A stretch of DNA of 64,000 bases. Source: Convolutriloba macropyga. Lineage: Eukaryota. The DNA lies in contig NC_134471.1 of the NCBI RefSeq assembly GCF_964194025.1, forward strand, positions 27,776,001 through 27,840,000, written 5' to 3'. Positions 1 to 13,670 of this stretch are shown here, in pieces; the stretch's first letter is position 1, and every line of letters begins with the position of its first letter. A program made the position numbers and the translations under genes. The notes under the pieces were generated by a model. It worked only from the letters and a program-made list of their open reading frames with translations, searched no databases and was not told the DNA's origin.

Positions 1-199
1 TATAAGTAATAAGGGGAGAGAAGATCAACCCCTCAACCAATATGGCTGAAAATTGGAGGAGAGTTTCTGCACAATACATGGGGACTACAGTGCTCATACT
101 GGTACCCCAAAACAAGAGTTTTCCTACTTTCACAAGGAAATTACAAGATTTTGGGCATATATTCACGGGGGTTGGGGGGGTCACTTGTAGAGTGAAAAT

Positions 200-2700
200 T
201 GACCCCCTAGATCTCGGAAAACCCTATACAACATATATATGGGGAGATTCCCCATTACAAATGGAGTTCAACGAGACTATTCCTGCAGTCAAAGTCATTA
301 ATTTCATCATTTCACATGTAGAAACGCGAAACGTACCAGTCACTAAAAGGTCAAAATGACCGTATGTGTCGAGGCCAATTTCTCAAAAACGGCTGAAAGA
401 AACAAAACGCCATTTACAGGGATTCAAGTATTGCTCAAGCTGAGTTCAAATCAAAATACAGATCAAAAATCGGTTCACTCTATGAGGAGATATTCCAAGA
501 TCAAGATACCGTACCAAATGACCAAAATGACCCATTTCGGGTCCTGTTTCTGTACTATAACCACATTATAACCACTATAACCACTCATTATAACCAGTGC
601 TCATAACCACACAAGCCACACATAGTGAGTGTGTCAAGGTGACCGACGACATGACCAGAGACGAATAAATATAGTTAATTAATATCGTATTCATGGTAGG
701 TTTCTCTCCTCGGGAGGTCAAACTGGGGTCAAGTTCCCCGGCCAATTTCTCTAAAACGGCTGAACAAAAAAAAACGCCCTTAGTACAGTTTGAAGCACTG
801 CTTGAGATACGCATCATATCAAAAAATGAGCCCAATCGGTGCATTATTCAAGGAGTTATAGCAAAAATAAGGTACCGTACCAAATGGCCTTAGAGGAGAG
901 ATGCTTCACTTTCAGAGCTAAAATTGAACATCTCAACTACATAAAATGTGGGGTAAAATATATATGGGGACAATCCCCATTATCAAAGGAGTCTAACGAA
1001 CTAATTAACGAGCCTAAATGAGCTAGTTTTAGTGGTCAAACATGTAGCTACAGGGAAAGTACCGGACACGAATAGCTCAAAATGGGGGTATGTGTCCTGG
1101 CCAATTTCTCAAAAACGGCTGAAAGAAACAAAACGCTATTTACAGGGATTCAAGTACGGCTCAAGCTGAGTTCAAATCAACAAACAGATCAAAAATCGGT
1201 TCACTCTACATGGAGATATTCCAACATAAAGGTACCGTACCAAATGGCCAAAGAAGCAGAGTACTCGGTCTGCAGAGCCAAAATTGAACCTCTAAACCTG
1301 CAAAAACGCTATATAAAGTATACATATTCAGAATCACCATTAGACGGGCTATTCAGAACACTAATTTTGTAACCTGAAGTCACAAAATTCAAAGATTCAA
1401 AACTGGTGCCGGATGGTGTCAATCGCTTCTGGGGCTAAAACGGTGGGCAAGTGTACTGGCCAATTTCTCTAAAACGGCGGAACCAAAATAAACGCCCTTA
1501 GTACTGTTTGTAGCACTGCTTGAGATACGCATCATATTAAAAAATGAGCACAATCGGTACATTCTTCGAGGAGTTATAGCAATTATAAGGTACGGTACCA
1601 AATGACCAAGAAGCGAGGTGACCTGACTGCAGAGCTAAAATTGACTGTCTCAATTCCGTAAAATGCTATAGAAAATATATATGGGGATACTCCCCACTAA
1701 CTGAGGATTCTAAAACACTAACATTTGTTGGGTAAATCGGCTGCTTTGTTGTACCGAAATTTGGGTCACCCAGAATAGCCCGAAAATTCGGACTATTTCA
1801 ACTTTGAACATTAATAACTTTTTGATTAGGCCGATTTGGGAAACCAACCAAACACTGCAAGCAAGAGGGGTTCAGTGTCAACAAAATGCGACTACCCCCG
1901 TTTAATTTGGTCCAGTACTTTAGCAGTTATTAACAAAATACTGTTCTGTACCCCAATTTTTGGGCTAAAATCGAAGCCCAAGATTTCCGGAACCGACGTA
2001 AAACAACGTGAAACAGCGTTCCCAGCGTATTTGTGTGTGTAATTCTGGTCCACTTCGAAGTTCTAGGTCACGGCAAACCTTCATGGTGAGGTGGGAAAAA
2101 ATTTCCCACCTCAACATGAAGGTTATGATGTTTTGTGTGTTTTGACATAAAACAACATCCACAGAAATTTGATGAAATCGTGAAAAAAGAAAAATTGTTG
2201 AATTAACCCCATTGTTTGATACAATTAGCTTCAACAACCTAAATAGTGACTAGAAAACACAAAACGCACGCCCAAAAACTTGTTCAATTGCAAAAAACAC
2301 CACTTCACTCATTCATTTGGTCAAATGACCTATTTTGACTACCAAAATTCACTTTTTGCTAAAATACACCATCATTACCTGTCGAAAAAGCTTAAATATG
2401 TGTATAGTGACACTCTTCATTAACTGAGCAATCTAAAACACTATAATACTTAACCTTGAAACATAAAATTTCTACTTTATTTCACCGCCCACTAGCCGAA
2501 AATGGCCGAAAATCGAGGTTCGGCGCTTACAGAGCAAAAATTGACCCACTCAACTCCATAAAATCATACAAAAAATATATATGGGGATAAGCCCCAGTAT
2601 CAGAGTAATCCAACGAATCTATATATGTAGGGATACTATGGTATTTTGGGGTATCCATTACTGGGGAACTCCAATATCACCTAAAATGTTGACCTTTATC
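200..2700. repeat. Diverged ~360-bp tandem repeat with alternating A/B monomers (~725-bp dimer)
   Basis: GGCCAATTTCTC(A/T)AAAACGGC recurs at ~373, ~740, ~1099 and ~1458. Copies 1 and 3 resemble each other, as do 2 and 4. ATATATGGGGA and AAAATTGA motifs recur to ~2580. Confidence 0.6.
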
Positions 2701-2859
2701 AAATTTACCAATCGATAATTTTTTTACCGAGCCGAATTAGGGTAATACAATTATAAGAAAAACCCGACGTTTACAAAATGAACACAATGAGCTCATGTTT
2801 GTAGAGTTCTGCTAAGCAATTGCCCACTTATCAACAAAACAACTAATTGTACCTCTATC

Positions 2860-5800
2860 AATCTGAATCTGAAAGTCTTTGAAAAAGTGGAAGCTACATG
2901 AGGACCATATGTCGTTACCGCTTCTATATTAGTGTAATCCATTTTTCTAGAGGTCTACTTTTTGCAGGAATACTAGTTTTTGATGTAATTTTTAAGGAAG
3001 AGAGATTGGGTTCAAGTTGATCCACTTTAAAACCAATGCGTTTCCTGTTGTCATCATTTGAATAAATTAAACCGATTCTTTAATTCGGTCTCTTTAAACC
3101 GTTTTGCTGAAACTTCAGTATTGATATTCACTTCAGAAACTTCGAAAAGATTTGAATTACTTGTCTGATCAAGAAGCATCAGCAGAGCTGAAGAGTGGGA
3201 AACCTTTAATTTAAAATTAACCGTAACTTTGCGAACCTCAATAAACGACAGGAAAGAGTTCCACAAAAGTTTGTTTTGTCCCCTATAATTTGTAGAGGGC
3301 CTTGATTCGGAATATCGTTTCTAAAATGAACAAATTAACTTCTTTTCGACTGACAGGGTTTTGAAGCAGTGCTTATGTAGGAAAATGTAATTAGCTCGAA
3401 TTAAAAAAAATTCAATCTGATTCTGAAAGACTTTAAAGAAATGGAAGCTAAATGAGGACCATATGTCGTTACCGTTTCTATATTTGTGTATACTGGTTCT
3501 ACAGAAAACTATTTTATGCAGGAATAATAATTTTTGATTTAATAAATAAGGAAGAGAGATTGGACTCAAATTGATCCACTTTAAATCCACTGCGTTTCCT
3601 GTTGTTATGATTTAAAAAAATTAAAGTTTCGTTAATCCGTTTGTTAGAAACTTCAGTAATGATATTCACTTCACAAACCCCAAATAGTTCCAGAATTACT
3701 TGTTTAATCTAAAAACATCGTTACCATTACGGCTGAAGAGTGGAAGACCTTTAATTTAAACTTAAACGTAACTTTGCGAAACTCAATAAAAGACAGGAAA
3801 AATTTCCACAAATGTTTGTTTTGTCCCCTATAATTTGTAGAGGGCCCTGATTCGGAATATTGTACCTAAAATAAACAAATAAACTTCAGTTCGACTGACG
3901 GGGTTTTGAAGCAGTGCTTATGTAAGAAAATGTAATTAGTTCGAGTTAAAAAAAAATTCAACCTGATTCTGAAAGACTTTAAAGAAAATGAAGCTAAATG
4001 AGGATCATTTGTCATTACCGTTTCTATATTAGCGTAATCCACTTTTCTAATGATCTAATTTATGCAAGAAGACTAGTTTTTGATTTAATATATAAGGAAG
4101 AGATATTGGGTTCAAGTTGATCCACTTTAAAACCACTGCGTTTCCTGTTGTGACAATTCAAAGAAGTTAAAGTTTTTTTAGCCCGTTTTTCTGAAACTTC
4201 AGTATTGATTTTTTTTTCAGGAACCCCAAAATGTTCCCAAGTTACTGGTTCAATCTAGAAACATCAGTAGGGCTGAAGAGTGGAAAACTTTTAAATTAAA
4301 TTTAACCGTAACTTTGCGAAACTAAATATACAGCAGGAAATACTTCTATAAATGTTTGTTTTGTCCCCAATAATTTGTAGAGAGCCCTGTTTCGGAAACA
4401 TGTACCTAAAATAAACTAATAAACTTTAGTTCGACTGGCAGTGTTTTGAAGCAGTGCTTATGTAGGAAAATGGAATTAGTTCGAACTAAAAGGAATATCA
4501 ATCTGATTCTGGAAGACTTTAAAGAAATGGAAGCTAATGAGGACCATATGTCGTTACCGCTTCTGTATTTGTGAAAATCAATTTTCCAGAGGTCTATTTT
4601 TGCAGGAATACTAGTTTTTGATGTAATATTTAAGAAAGAGAGATTGGATTCAAGTTGATCCACTTTAAAACCACTGCGTTTCCTGTTGTGACAATTCAAA
4701 GAAGTTAAAGTTTTTTTAACCCGTTTTTCTGAAACTTCAGTATTGATTTTCTTTTCAGGAACCCCAAAAGGTTCCCAAGTTACTGGTTCAATCTAGAAAC
4801 ATCAGTAGGGCTGAAGAGTGGAAAACTTTTAATTTAAATTTAACCGTAACTTTGCGAAACTAAATAAACAGCAGGAAATACTTCTATAAATGTTTGTTTT
4901 GTCCCCAATAATTTGTAGAGAGCCCTGTTTCGGAAACATGTACCTAAAATAAACTAATAAACTTTAGTTCGACTGGCAGGGTTTTGAAGCAGTGCTTATG
5001 TAGGAAAATGGAATTAGTTCGAATTAAAAGGAATATCAATCTGATTCTGAAAGACTTTAAAGAAATGGAAGCTAATGAGGACCATATGTCGTTACCGCTT
5101 CTGTATTTGTGAAAATCAATTTTCCAGAGGTCTATTTTTGCAGGAATACTAGTTTTTGATGTAATATTTAAGAAAGAGAGATTGGATTCAAGTTGATCCA
5201 CTTTAAAACCACTGCGTTTCCTGTTGTGACAATTCAAAGAAGTTAAAGTTTTTTTAACCCGTTTTTCTGAAACTTCAGTATTGATTTTCTTTTCAGGAAC
5301 CCCAAAAGGTTCCCAAGTTACTGGTTCAATCTAGAAACATCAGTAGGGCTGAAGAGTGGAAAACTTTTAATTTAAATTTAACCGTAACGTTGCGAAACTA
5401 AATATACAGCAGGAAATACTTCTATAAATGTTTGTTTTGTCCCCAATAATTTGTAGAGAGCCCTGTTTCGGAAACATGTACCTAAAATAAACTAATAAAC
5501 TTTAGTTCGACTGGCAGTGTTTTGAAGCAGTGCTTATGTAGGAAAATGGAATTAGTTCGAACTAAAAGGAATATCAATCTGATTCTGGAAGACTTTAAAG
5601 AAATGGAAGCTAATGAGGACCATATGTCGTTACCGCTTCTGTATTTGTGAAAATCAATTTTCCAGAGGTCTATTTTTGCAGGAATACTAGTTTTTGATGT
5701 AATATTTAAGAAAGAGAGATTGGATTCAAGTTGATCCACTTTAAAACCACTGCGTTTCCTGTTGTGACAATTCAAAGAAGTTACAGTTTTTTTAACCCGT

Positions 5801-6232
5801 TTTTCTGAAACTTCAGTATTGATTTTCTTTTCAGGAACCCCAAAAGGTTCCCAAGTTACTGGTTCAATCTAGAAACATCAGTAGGGCTGAAGAGTGGAAA
5901 ACTTTTAAATTAAATTTAACCGTAACTTTGCGAAACTAAATATACAGCAGGAAATACTTCTATAAATGTTTGTTTTGTCCCCAATAATTTGTAGAGAGCC
6001 CTGTTTCGGAAACATGTACCTAAAATAAACTAATAAACTTTAGTTCGACTGGCAGGGTTTTGAAGCAGTGCTTATGTAGGAAAATGGAATTAGTTCGAAC
6101 TAAAAGGAATATCAATCTGATTCTGAAAGACTTTAAAGAAATGGAAGCTAATGAGGACCATATGTCGTTACCGCTTCTGTATTTGTGAAAACCAATTTTC
6201 CAGAGGTCTATTTTTGCAGGAATACTAGTTTT
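2860..6232. repeat. 538-bp tandem satellite, ~6.3 copies
   Basis: Near-identical units at a 538-bp period (repeated ORF ends at 4406, 4944, 5482, 6020), with more diverged copies at 2860-4400. Confidence 0.95.
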
Positions 6233-6394
6233 CACTGCTCAATGTAAAATTTTTCAGATAACCACGCCTGAACTTGTTCAGGTGAAAATTTACCTGAAAT
6301 TGGTTCAAGTAAATTTACCTGAAGTTTTTTACATACTTTGTGTACATACTTTCCCTGTTTCTGGAATTTCAATGTTTCCGCTCGTTTGGTCATG

Positions 6395-6610
6395 TCAAAT
6401 TCCGCTCATTTCCTGCATTTTTTATTCCGATCAAATTCCTCTCATTTCTTGCATTTTTTTTCCGCTCAAATTCCGCTCATTCCTTGCATTTTTTGTTCCG
6501 CTCAAATTCCGCTCATTTCTTGCATTTTTTTTATCGATTCCGCTCATTCCGGTCAAATTCCGCTCATTCCGGTCATCTCTTGCATTTTTTTGAGCGGAAT
6601 TTGAGCGGAC
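6395..6610. repeat. Minisatellite/MITE remnant with an AAATTCCGCTCATT core
   Basis: About seven copies of AAATTCCGCTCATT(T)C(C/T)TGCATTTTT, followed by the inverted TGAGCGGAATTTGAGCGGA. Confidence 0.7.
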
Positions 6611-6634
6611 TCCTCGACTTGGGCCCTGCATGTG

Positions 6635-7301
6635 CTATATTACCACAAGGGTTTGCTGTGCATTGGAGCCCAGCCCAATCCATATCTGATGGGACGCATA
6701 ATGTATTGGAGAGGGGGTGGGGGTGGGGGGTGTGGGAACAGAACAGGTAGAGTTCTCATGATTTGATATTTCGAGTGTTGCTAACCTTTTATACGAGACA
6801 AATACATCGTCTGGTCCCAATTCAAATTCGTAAATCGTTAAACCAGAATTCACTTGGTGTTTGTAAATTCTGTCCTCATTCCGTGGGTCTGACCGGCTGC
6901 CAAAATTCCCAGGAACTCTTTGCCGTCTTGAAGTTCTGGCTTGCTGATTGTTTAAATCCCGAAAATTTAATTTACCTTTATCCTGTCGAAAACTCAGTCT
7001 TGAGGCTGTGAGGCTCTCATCTCCTCCTCTGACGTTGCTGATGAACACGTGAACAACTTCGGCTCCTGTCACACATATTGTATGAGTTAATACATACTCC
7101 GGGTGGATTACTGTTCCCACGCAGTTTGTTTCCTTGCTTTGATCTTTGGCCACGAGTTTTACAAACATGCTGATGTTCCTGGTTATGGTCTGCCCTCCTA
7201 TTAGTCTTTTTTCTGGTAAAGGGTTGCTTTGTTTGGTTTGTGCAAATCGAAATCTGTGCCAGCGTTGAAAAGATAAGCAGCATAGTTTTTACGATGTCCA
7301 T
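6635..7301 (-). pseudogene. Secreted trypsin-like (S1) serine protease homologue, non-catalytic, frameshifted and probably truncated
   Basis: Signal-peptide-like MDIVKTMLLIFSTLAQISIC. Removing one A from an A6 run (~7207-7212) gives KR|LIGG (activation-site-like), then NCVGTVIHPEYVLTHTICV, which matches CGGTLI..WVLTAAHC with the catalytic His lost. Confidence 0.6.
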
Positions 7302-7398
7302 TTTGGGTTGAGTTTAATTCAATTACTTTGTATAGTTTTTGTCTTAATACAGCAGTTGAGAAATAAGAAAAAGTACAGAGTCATTGTGACATAGTGTA

Positions 7399-7669
7399 CA
7401 CTCTAAAAAATTGCAGGTAAATTGATTATAAATTACAGGTAAATTTACCTAGAATTTGAAAGTAAAATTGTTCTTTAATGCAACTTACGTGCAAGCAATC
7501 TCAAATACCTGCAACTCTAGGTAAATTTGCTGCAATGTACCTAGAAATTGAAGTGTTAACCTCCAAGAGTTTTAGCTGCAAAAAAATTTTTAGGTAGCTC
7601 TACCTGCAAATTCAATAGTAAAATTGTAGGTAGAACTACCTAGAAATTTCGGGTCTTTCCCATTATAGC

Positions 7670-7700
<31 letters not shown>

Positions 7701-8125
7701 AGCTTAGTGGTCAGATAACAGATAGCCCCCACAATCATGGTAATTATACCATAATGCGGGGGCTATACTTTCATGGGGGGCTATAATGGGAAAGATCCAA
7801 AATTTAATTTTGCAGGTAATTTTGTAGGTGAAATACCTGCAATTTTTAGTTAAGTTGTAGGCAAATTTAGCTAGAATTTTACCTGCAATAGAAAATTTTT
7901 CTAGGTAATCTACCTGCAAATCGTTTATTCAATTTTTTGCAGGGAAAATTCTAAGTAAATTTGCCTACAACCTACCTAGAATTTGCAGGTATTTTCACCT
8001 AAAAATTACCTGCAAAATAAAATTTCTAGGTAATTTTTTCTACCTGCAATTCTTACCTTGAATTTGCAGGTTGAACAACCTAGAATTTTTTGCAGGTAAA
8101 TCCGTATAGCTCATATTCAGGTAAA
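7399..8125. mobile_element. Foldback-like non-autonomous DNA element built of CAGGTA/TACCTG/TACCTAG repeats
   Basis: Begins CACTCTAAAAAA and carries many direct and inverted GCAGGTAAATT/ACCTGCAA/ACCTAGAA motifs. A related short piece lies at 6233-6335. Confidence 0.5.
7651..7798. mobile_element. MITE family M1 (TIR GGGTCTTTCCCATTATAGC)
   Basis: Terminal inverted repeats at both ends; degenerate 8-bp flanks GAAATTTC/AAAATTTA. Confidence 0.75.
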
Positions 8126-8225
8126 TCTGTGTAAATCCTAATAGCTCATATGACTGGTTTCGCACCCAGGTTAAAGGCTATATACCCAACTCCCCCAATC
8201 ATTTTAGAATTTGGGCAATTATTTC

Positions 8226-8369
8226 GGGTCTTTCCCATTATAGCCCCCCCCCCATGAAATCATAACCCACTTTTTGTATAATTACCATGATTGGAGGGTG
8301 GGGGGGGGGGGGGCTATAGATTATCTGACCACTAAGCTGGGGGGGGGGGGGCTATAATGGGAAAGACCC
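8226..8369. mobile_element. MITE family M1 with a perfect 8-bp TSD
   Basis: TIR GGGTCTTTCCCATTATAGCCCC...GGGGCTATAATGGGAAAGACCC; TSD ATTATTTC at 8218-8225 and 8370-8377. Confidence 0.85.
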
Positions 8370-8720
8370 ATTATTTCTTTCTGGCTGTACTGTAATTCTC
8401 AAAATGAGCTGGGTTTAAATTTCCTACTTTCTCGACTGCTAAACGCAATTTTTCTGGGATTTTTTGGATCTGTCGTAGTTATTGTTCAATTTGGTCAAAC
8501 AAACATTTGCTGACTTTCTTGTGCTTACATATACTTAATTATTCCCGCTCTTTGTTATCTGCCACACTTCCCGCTAGTAAAAGAAGAACCAAAGTTGCCA
8601 TCAGTCAGAAGTCAACCAGTGTTCACGGAAAAGTCGGGTCTTTCCACATTCTAGCCCCCCCCCCCCCCCCCCAAAGTATTGGTAGCATAATCTACAGCGC
8701 TCATTCATGTTAAACCTCTG

Positions 8721-8885
8721 GGATCTTTTCCGTTTGTGCCCCCCCCCCCAGGCTAGTGGGCGCATATTATTTGCACCCCCCAGACGGACGTGCCATATTT
8801 TAACATAATGATTTACTATGTAATGACACGTGCTCTGTTACTGGGGGGCGCATAATGTACTGGGGGGCGCAAACGGAAAAGATCC
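8721..8885. mobile_element. MITE family M2 nested in an M1-like copy (~8636-8942)
   Basis: TIR GGATCTTTTCCGTTTG...CAAACGGAAAAGATCC; TSD AACCTCTG at 8713-8720 and 8886-8893. Confidence 0.85.
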
Positions 8886-8959
8886 AACCTCTGATTATGT
8901 GGGCTATAAATTTGTGGGGGCGGTGATATAAGGGAAAAACCCGAATACACTAGAAGATG

Positions 8960-8973
8960 GGATATTTTCCGTT

Positions 8974-9004
<31 letters not shown>

Positions 9005-9139
9005 AGTACCTCATGCTCCACCAATTACAGAGCACGTGCTATAACATGTTAAATCGTTTGTGTCAAAATATGGCACGTGAGTCTGGGGGTGCAAATAATA
9101 TGCGCCCACTAAGCTGAAGGGCACAAACGGAAAATATTC
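8960..9139. mobile_element. MITE family M2, second copy in the opposite orientation
   Basis: GGATATTTTCCGTTTGTGCCC...GGGCACAAACGGAAAATATTC; the interior is the reverse complement of 8721-8885. Confidence 0.75.
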
Positions 9140-12100
9140 AAATGTGAAATTATATGCTTTACTCAGCAAGATACTGTTAAACTAAAGATGAAAAAACAAT
9201 CAGATTAGATTATTTTTTCATTTGTATATGGTCAGCTAGTTCAGAACTGTTCTTTTCTGTTTTTGGGACCCCCGAGTATGTTATGCACTATGCATCGCCA
9301 GGTAGGTACAGAGAAGAGAAGGTGCCATTACATAGCAAATCATCACAAAAAAAATATGGCACATGCGTTTGGGTGCAAAGATAATGCTTCCCATCATATA
9401 ATAGTTATAGAATATTCACCATGAATACCTACATTTCAAAGAACATTTTTAAAAGTCAATTTCCAAGTTAATTATGAGGCATCTGCGGTGTTGAGAAACA
9501 CCCAAGAAGAGGAGACAAAATGCGCTCGGTTGCTGAAAACTGTTGGAAACTTTAAATTTGGGCAATCAATTAATTCTTTGCAATTATTGTATCAGCAGCA
9601 TTTTTCAAGTGCATACTATGTACCAGAAGATGAATTAACCGGAAAAGGAAATGATAATCTCTTTAAAAATTTGATCTGACAATAAGACAGTAATCTATTG
9701 CCCATTTTCAGCTTCAAGGTACAAAGGTCTGTAAATAACCGACCAGGTTGACCTTTTTTTGTTTTTTTTCAGCAAATTATTGAATAGTTTAGAAGCTTGC
9801 TGCACCTAATTCTGAGACCTCTGTCAAAATTCAGGTAATTTTGCTGATGCTATTAAACCTAAACATAAATTTCAATCGCATATAAGACTTGTTGAGTATA
9901 ATCCTAATTTTAAGATCAATACGACAAAATGAAATCCCTGACGCATTTGACAAATGCTTTTCCGAGTTCACTCAATTTGATAACCATTTATAGTGCCAAG
10001 TTGAAATCGAGGGATTTATTGACTCGCAAAAATCAATTGATTTTCCAAACATAAAAAGGAGTGGAAACCGAAAATTTTTTCACTTCGGTTTCCGCAAAAA
10101 AAACAATATTTTGAAGCATATTTTTAGACCCTTTTTTGATAACACACTTCTTATTGCTTAAATGATCAGTAAATGAAATGAAAAGCTTGTAACAGATTTG
10201 ATCTGAAGATAATCTCAAGCTCAGATTTGAGCTTTAAGCAAAAAAGAGGACTGGTACAAAAAACCGTTTTAAGCTTTTGGGTTTATCATTGCAAAATTGA
10301 ACAGTTCAAAAATTTTCTGTAATTTTGAGTCCATGGTCAAATTTTAGGGATATTTACTGATGCTATTAAATCTTGCACCATGGATCAATTCAATTTCAAA
10401 TATAGTACTTGTTGAGTATGCTCCCAAATTCAAGACCAATAAAACAAACTGAAATCAGTGCCCTAATTGATAGATGCTTTTCTGACTCCCACCAATTTCA
10501 TAATCATTTGTGAAGCCAAGCTGACATCGAGGGAGACTATTGCCCCGTATATATCAATTGCTTTTCTAAACATGAAATTGAGTGGAAACCGACCAGTGTC
10601 TTTTTGGTTTTCACGATTAAAAAATGAATTTGAAGCATTTTTTGGGACCATAATGAGCTAGCCCATCTTTTTCGCAACCTGTGAACAATTATGAGGCAAT
10701 TTTTTTCAAGGTTAATGACTGAAAAAGCTTGTACTGGGAAAAAAACTGTGATCAGATTTCTATAGTTGATTGTGTTTGTGCGAAGTTCTACTGGACGCCT
10801 TTTTTGGAATCATCAGCATTTGTCTTAATTGATCGATGATGAAAACTGGGGTTTTTCGCAGGAACCGAAATATATACGTTTTTTTGTGTTTATTGAGTGA
10901 AAAATCTGATACGCACAATGTTTTTGATTTCTTTTCAGTTCCTCACAGTTTAAAGCTTTTTCGACGATGATGAAAACTGTGGTTGAAAACTGTGGTTATT
11001 TCGACAAAAAAATAACATAAAGAACAGAAATTACAATAAAATGAAGAAATATGCCTATGAAAAATTTTTACATTGAAAAGACACTTGACATTTGAACTTC
11101 CTTGACAATACTTGAAATTGTGTTTGTCTTTGTAATTTTTATTTATTTCCTCGAAAACAAAATTTGTTTAACTCGCAATCTGATTTCATATAAAAACAAA
11201 TAAAAGGAACAAAACTATAAGGAAAAGCCGATGGCTCAGATCGAAATAACATCTTATGATTTAAGCAATACATTAAAGAAACCGACAGATATTAAAGATT
11301 TGCAGATAAGAGGGTATTAAAATTGATTGTGCATTCCATTTCGCAGTGCCGAATGTGTTGCACCAAGAATTATAACCAACTTGATGAGAGATTTCCATAT
11401 GTCTGCTAAGACGCAGGTTTTCATGAAGAACAGAACGAATTTGATTTAAAAAATTCTAATGATGCTAATTGACGTGTAAAATTTAAAAAAATAATTTCCT
11501 CAGCAATCTTTTAGAGTTTTTTGATATCCTTGGAATCATGACCAGACTTGAGATGTTCTTTTCTTGAGATGTTAAATAAAGGGCCATTTATTTTGTATTA
11601 GTACTATCAAAAAGCAGACAAAAACTGTTGCTTGTATTCACAGAGACCATTTGATGAAATAGAGGCGGTTGCCGTAAAAACTAAGATATAGGTAATCAAT
11701 TTTTTTTATCCTCAAGATTGGAATAAGAAAAATTAAAAAGAAAAACAAAAAAGGAGACACTATTGATTTCTTCTGGCTCAATTATAACCACATTGTGCTT
11801 AGTGATTGTTTGAAAACTGAAATGGAAGGAGAAGACTAGTGTTTGACTTTAGAAAAGATGAAATGCAAATGGCACCCTGATTCTTGAGTCCAAGTTACAC
11901 GTCAGGGGAAAATCTATGTTCAGTGACCATCATAACTAGAATATTCACGACCGTTAATACTCATGAATATGGATTTTTATCACATCCAAATGTCTATTGT
12001 GATCCATAGTTATCATTTTTGGGAAATGCTGAAGAACATTTTTAAACTCAAGAAACAACAAAATTTCCAACATAACTATAAGGCATCTTCGGCTTTGAGA

Positions 12101-13670
12101 AGCATCCAGGAAGAGGAGACAAAATCGCTCGGTTGCTGAAAACTGTTGGAAACTTTAAACTTGGGTCACCAATTAATCCTTTGCAACTATTGAATCAGCG
12201 GCTTTTGTCAACTGCATACTATGTACCAAGAGATGAAACGATCATAAAATGAAATGAAAATCTTTTTACAGATTTGTTCTGACGATAATATAATGCCCAA
12301 TGTTAGCTTCAAGAGAAAAAGATCTCGAAATAACGGACCAAGTTGACCATTTTTTTCAACACTTTTGAATAGTTCAAAATGTTGCTGCAGCTAACTTTGA
12401 GACCTCTGTTAATTTTCAGGGAGTTTTATTGATGCTATAAAGCCTAACACAATGGATCATTTCAATTGCAAATATAATGCTTGCTGAATATGCTTCTAGT
12501 TTTAAGATCAATCAGACAAAATTGAGCCACTGCCATAATTGATGGATGCTTTCCTGAGTGCACTCAATTTGATAATCATTTATAGCGAACGGAAAGCTGA
12601 AATCGACGGAAATTTTTTACTCGGAAAAATCAACACAATTTCTAAATTTAACAATGAGTTGAAACCGAAAAATGTTACTGCAGTTTTTGAAAATTAATCA
12701 AGATTGTTAAGCTTATTTTGAGACCATTCACTGGTAGCAAATTTTTTCGCAAGCCTTTGAACAACTACGACGCAACTTTTTTTGAAGATTAATGATTGAA
12801 AAACGTCATTTTAAAAAAGTGAGATCAGTTTTCTGTATTTGTTGATTTTGTGTGAAGTTCTCATGAACGCCTCTATTTTGGATTTATCAGCATTTGACTT
12901 AATTGTTCCAAGGAGGAGAACTATTGTCAATCACAGTACTCCTAATTTCTACAATTTGTTTGCCCTTTTTGAGATCGAAACGAGTTCCTATGATTTTAAC
13001 AAAACATTGTAATGAACCAAGAAGAATTAAAGCTTTGCGGATCACAGGATTTTAAACTTTATTGCCCATCTGATTTAATGTTGCAGTGGCTAATGTGTTA
13101 CATCAGGAATAATAACTTACTTCATAAAAGAATTTCATTTATCTGCTAAAACATGAACCTTGATGAAGATCAGAGCAAATTTGACTAAAAAACAATGAAG
13201 TTTATTGACGTCTCAAAATTTATAAGAAATAAAATTCTCATCAATTATTTAGCAATTCTTTGATGTCCTTGGAATCATGACTAGACTTGAGATTTTCTTT
13301 AAGAGCAACTTGTATTGTATTAGTGCTCTCAAATGATAATAGAAACTGTTGCTTCTACTCAAAGAGACCTTGGGATGAAATTAGGGTTGTTGCCATAACA
13401 ATTAAGATAAAGACTAGCAGTATTTTTTGATCCCCTCAAAATTAGAATTCGAAAATAGCAAGGAATGCAAAAACAAACGAAACGCTTTGTAAGTTTTTTG
13501 GCTCAATGAGGACCATATTTTGTTTACTGATTGCCTAAAAACGGAAACTGAAAGACAGCACTTTTGTTTAAATTTAGAAAAGATGAACTGCCAAAGGCAC
13601 CCTGATCTTTGAGTCAAATTAACACGTCAGTTAAAAATCTATTCTCAGTGACCATTATAATTTTTTTTGT

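Noticed and set aside
3054-6235. Repeated 97-aa ORFs as a tandem gene family
   Set aside because: They are by-products of the 538-bp satellite, have no recognisable motifs and are disrupted in the diverged monomers.
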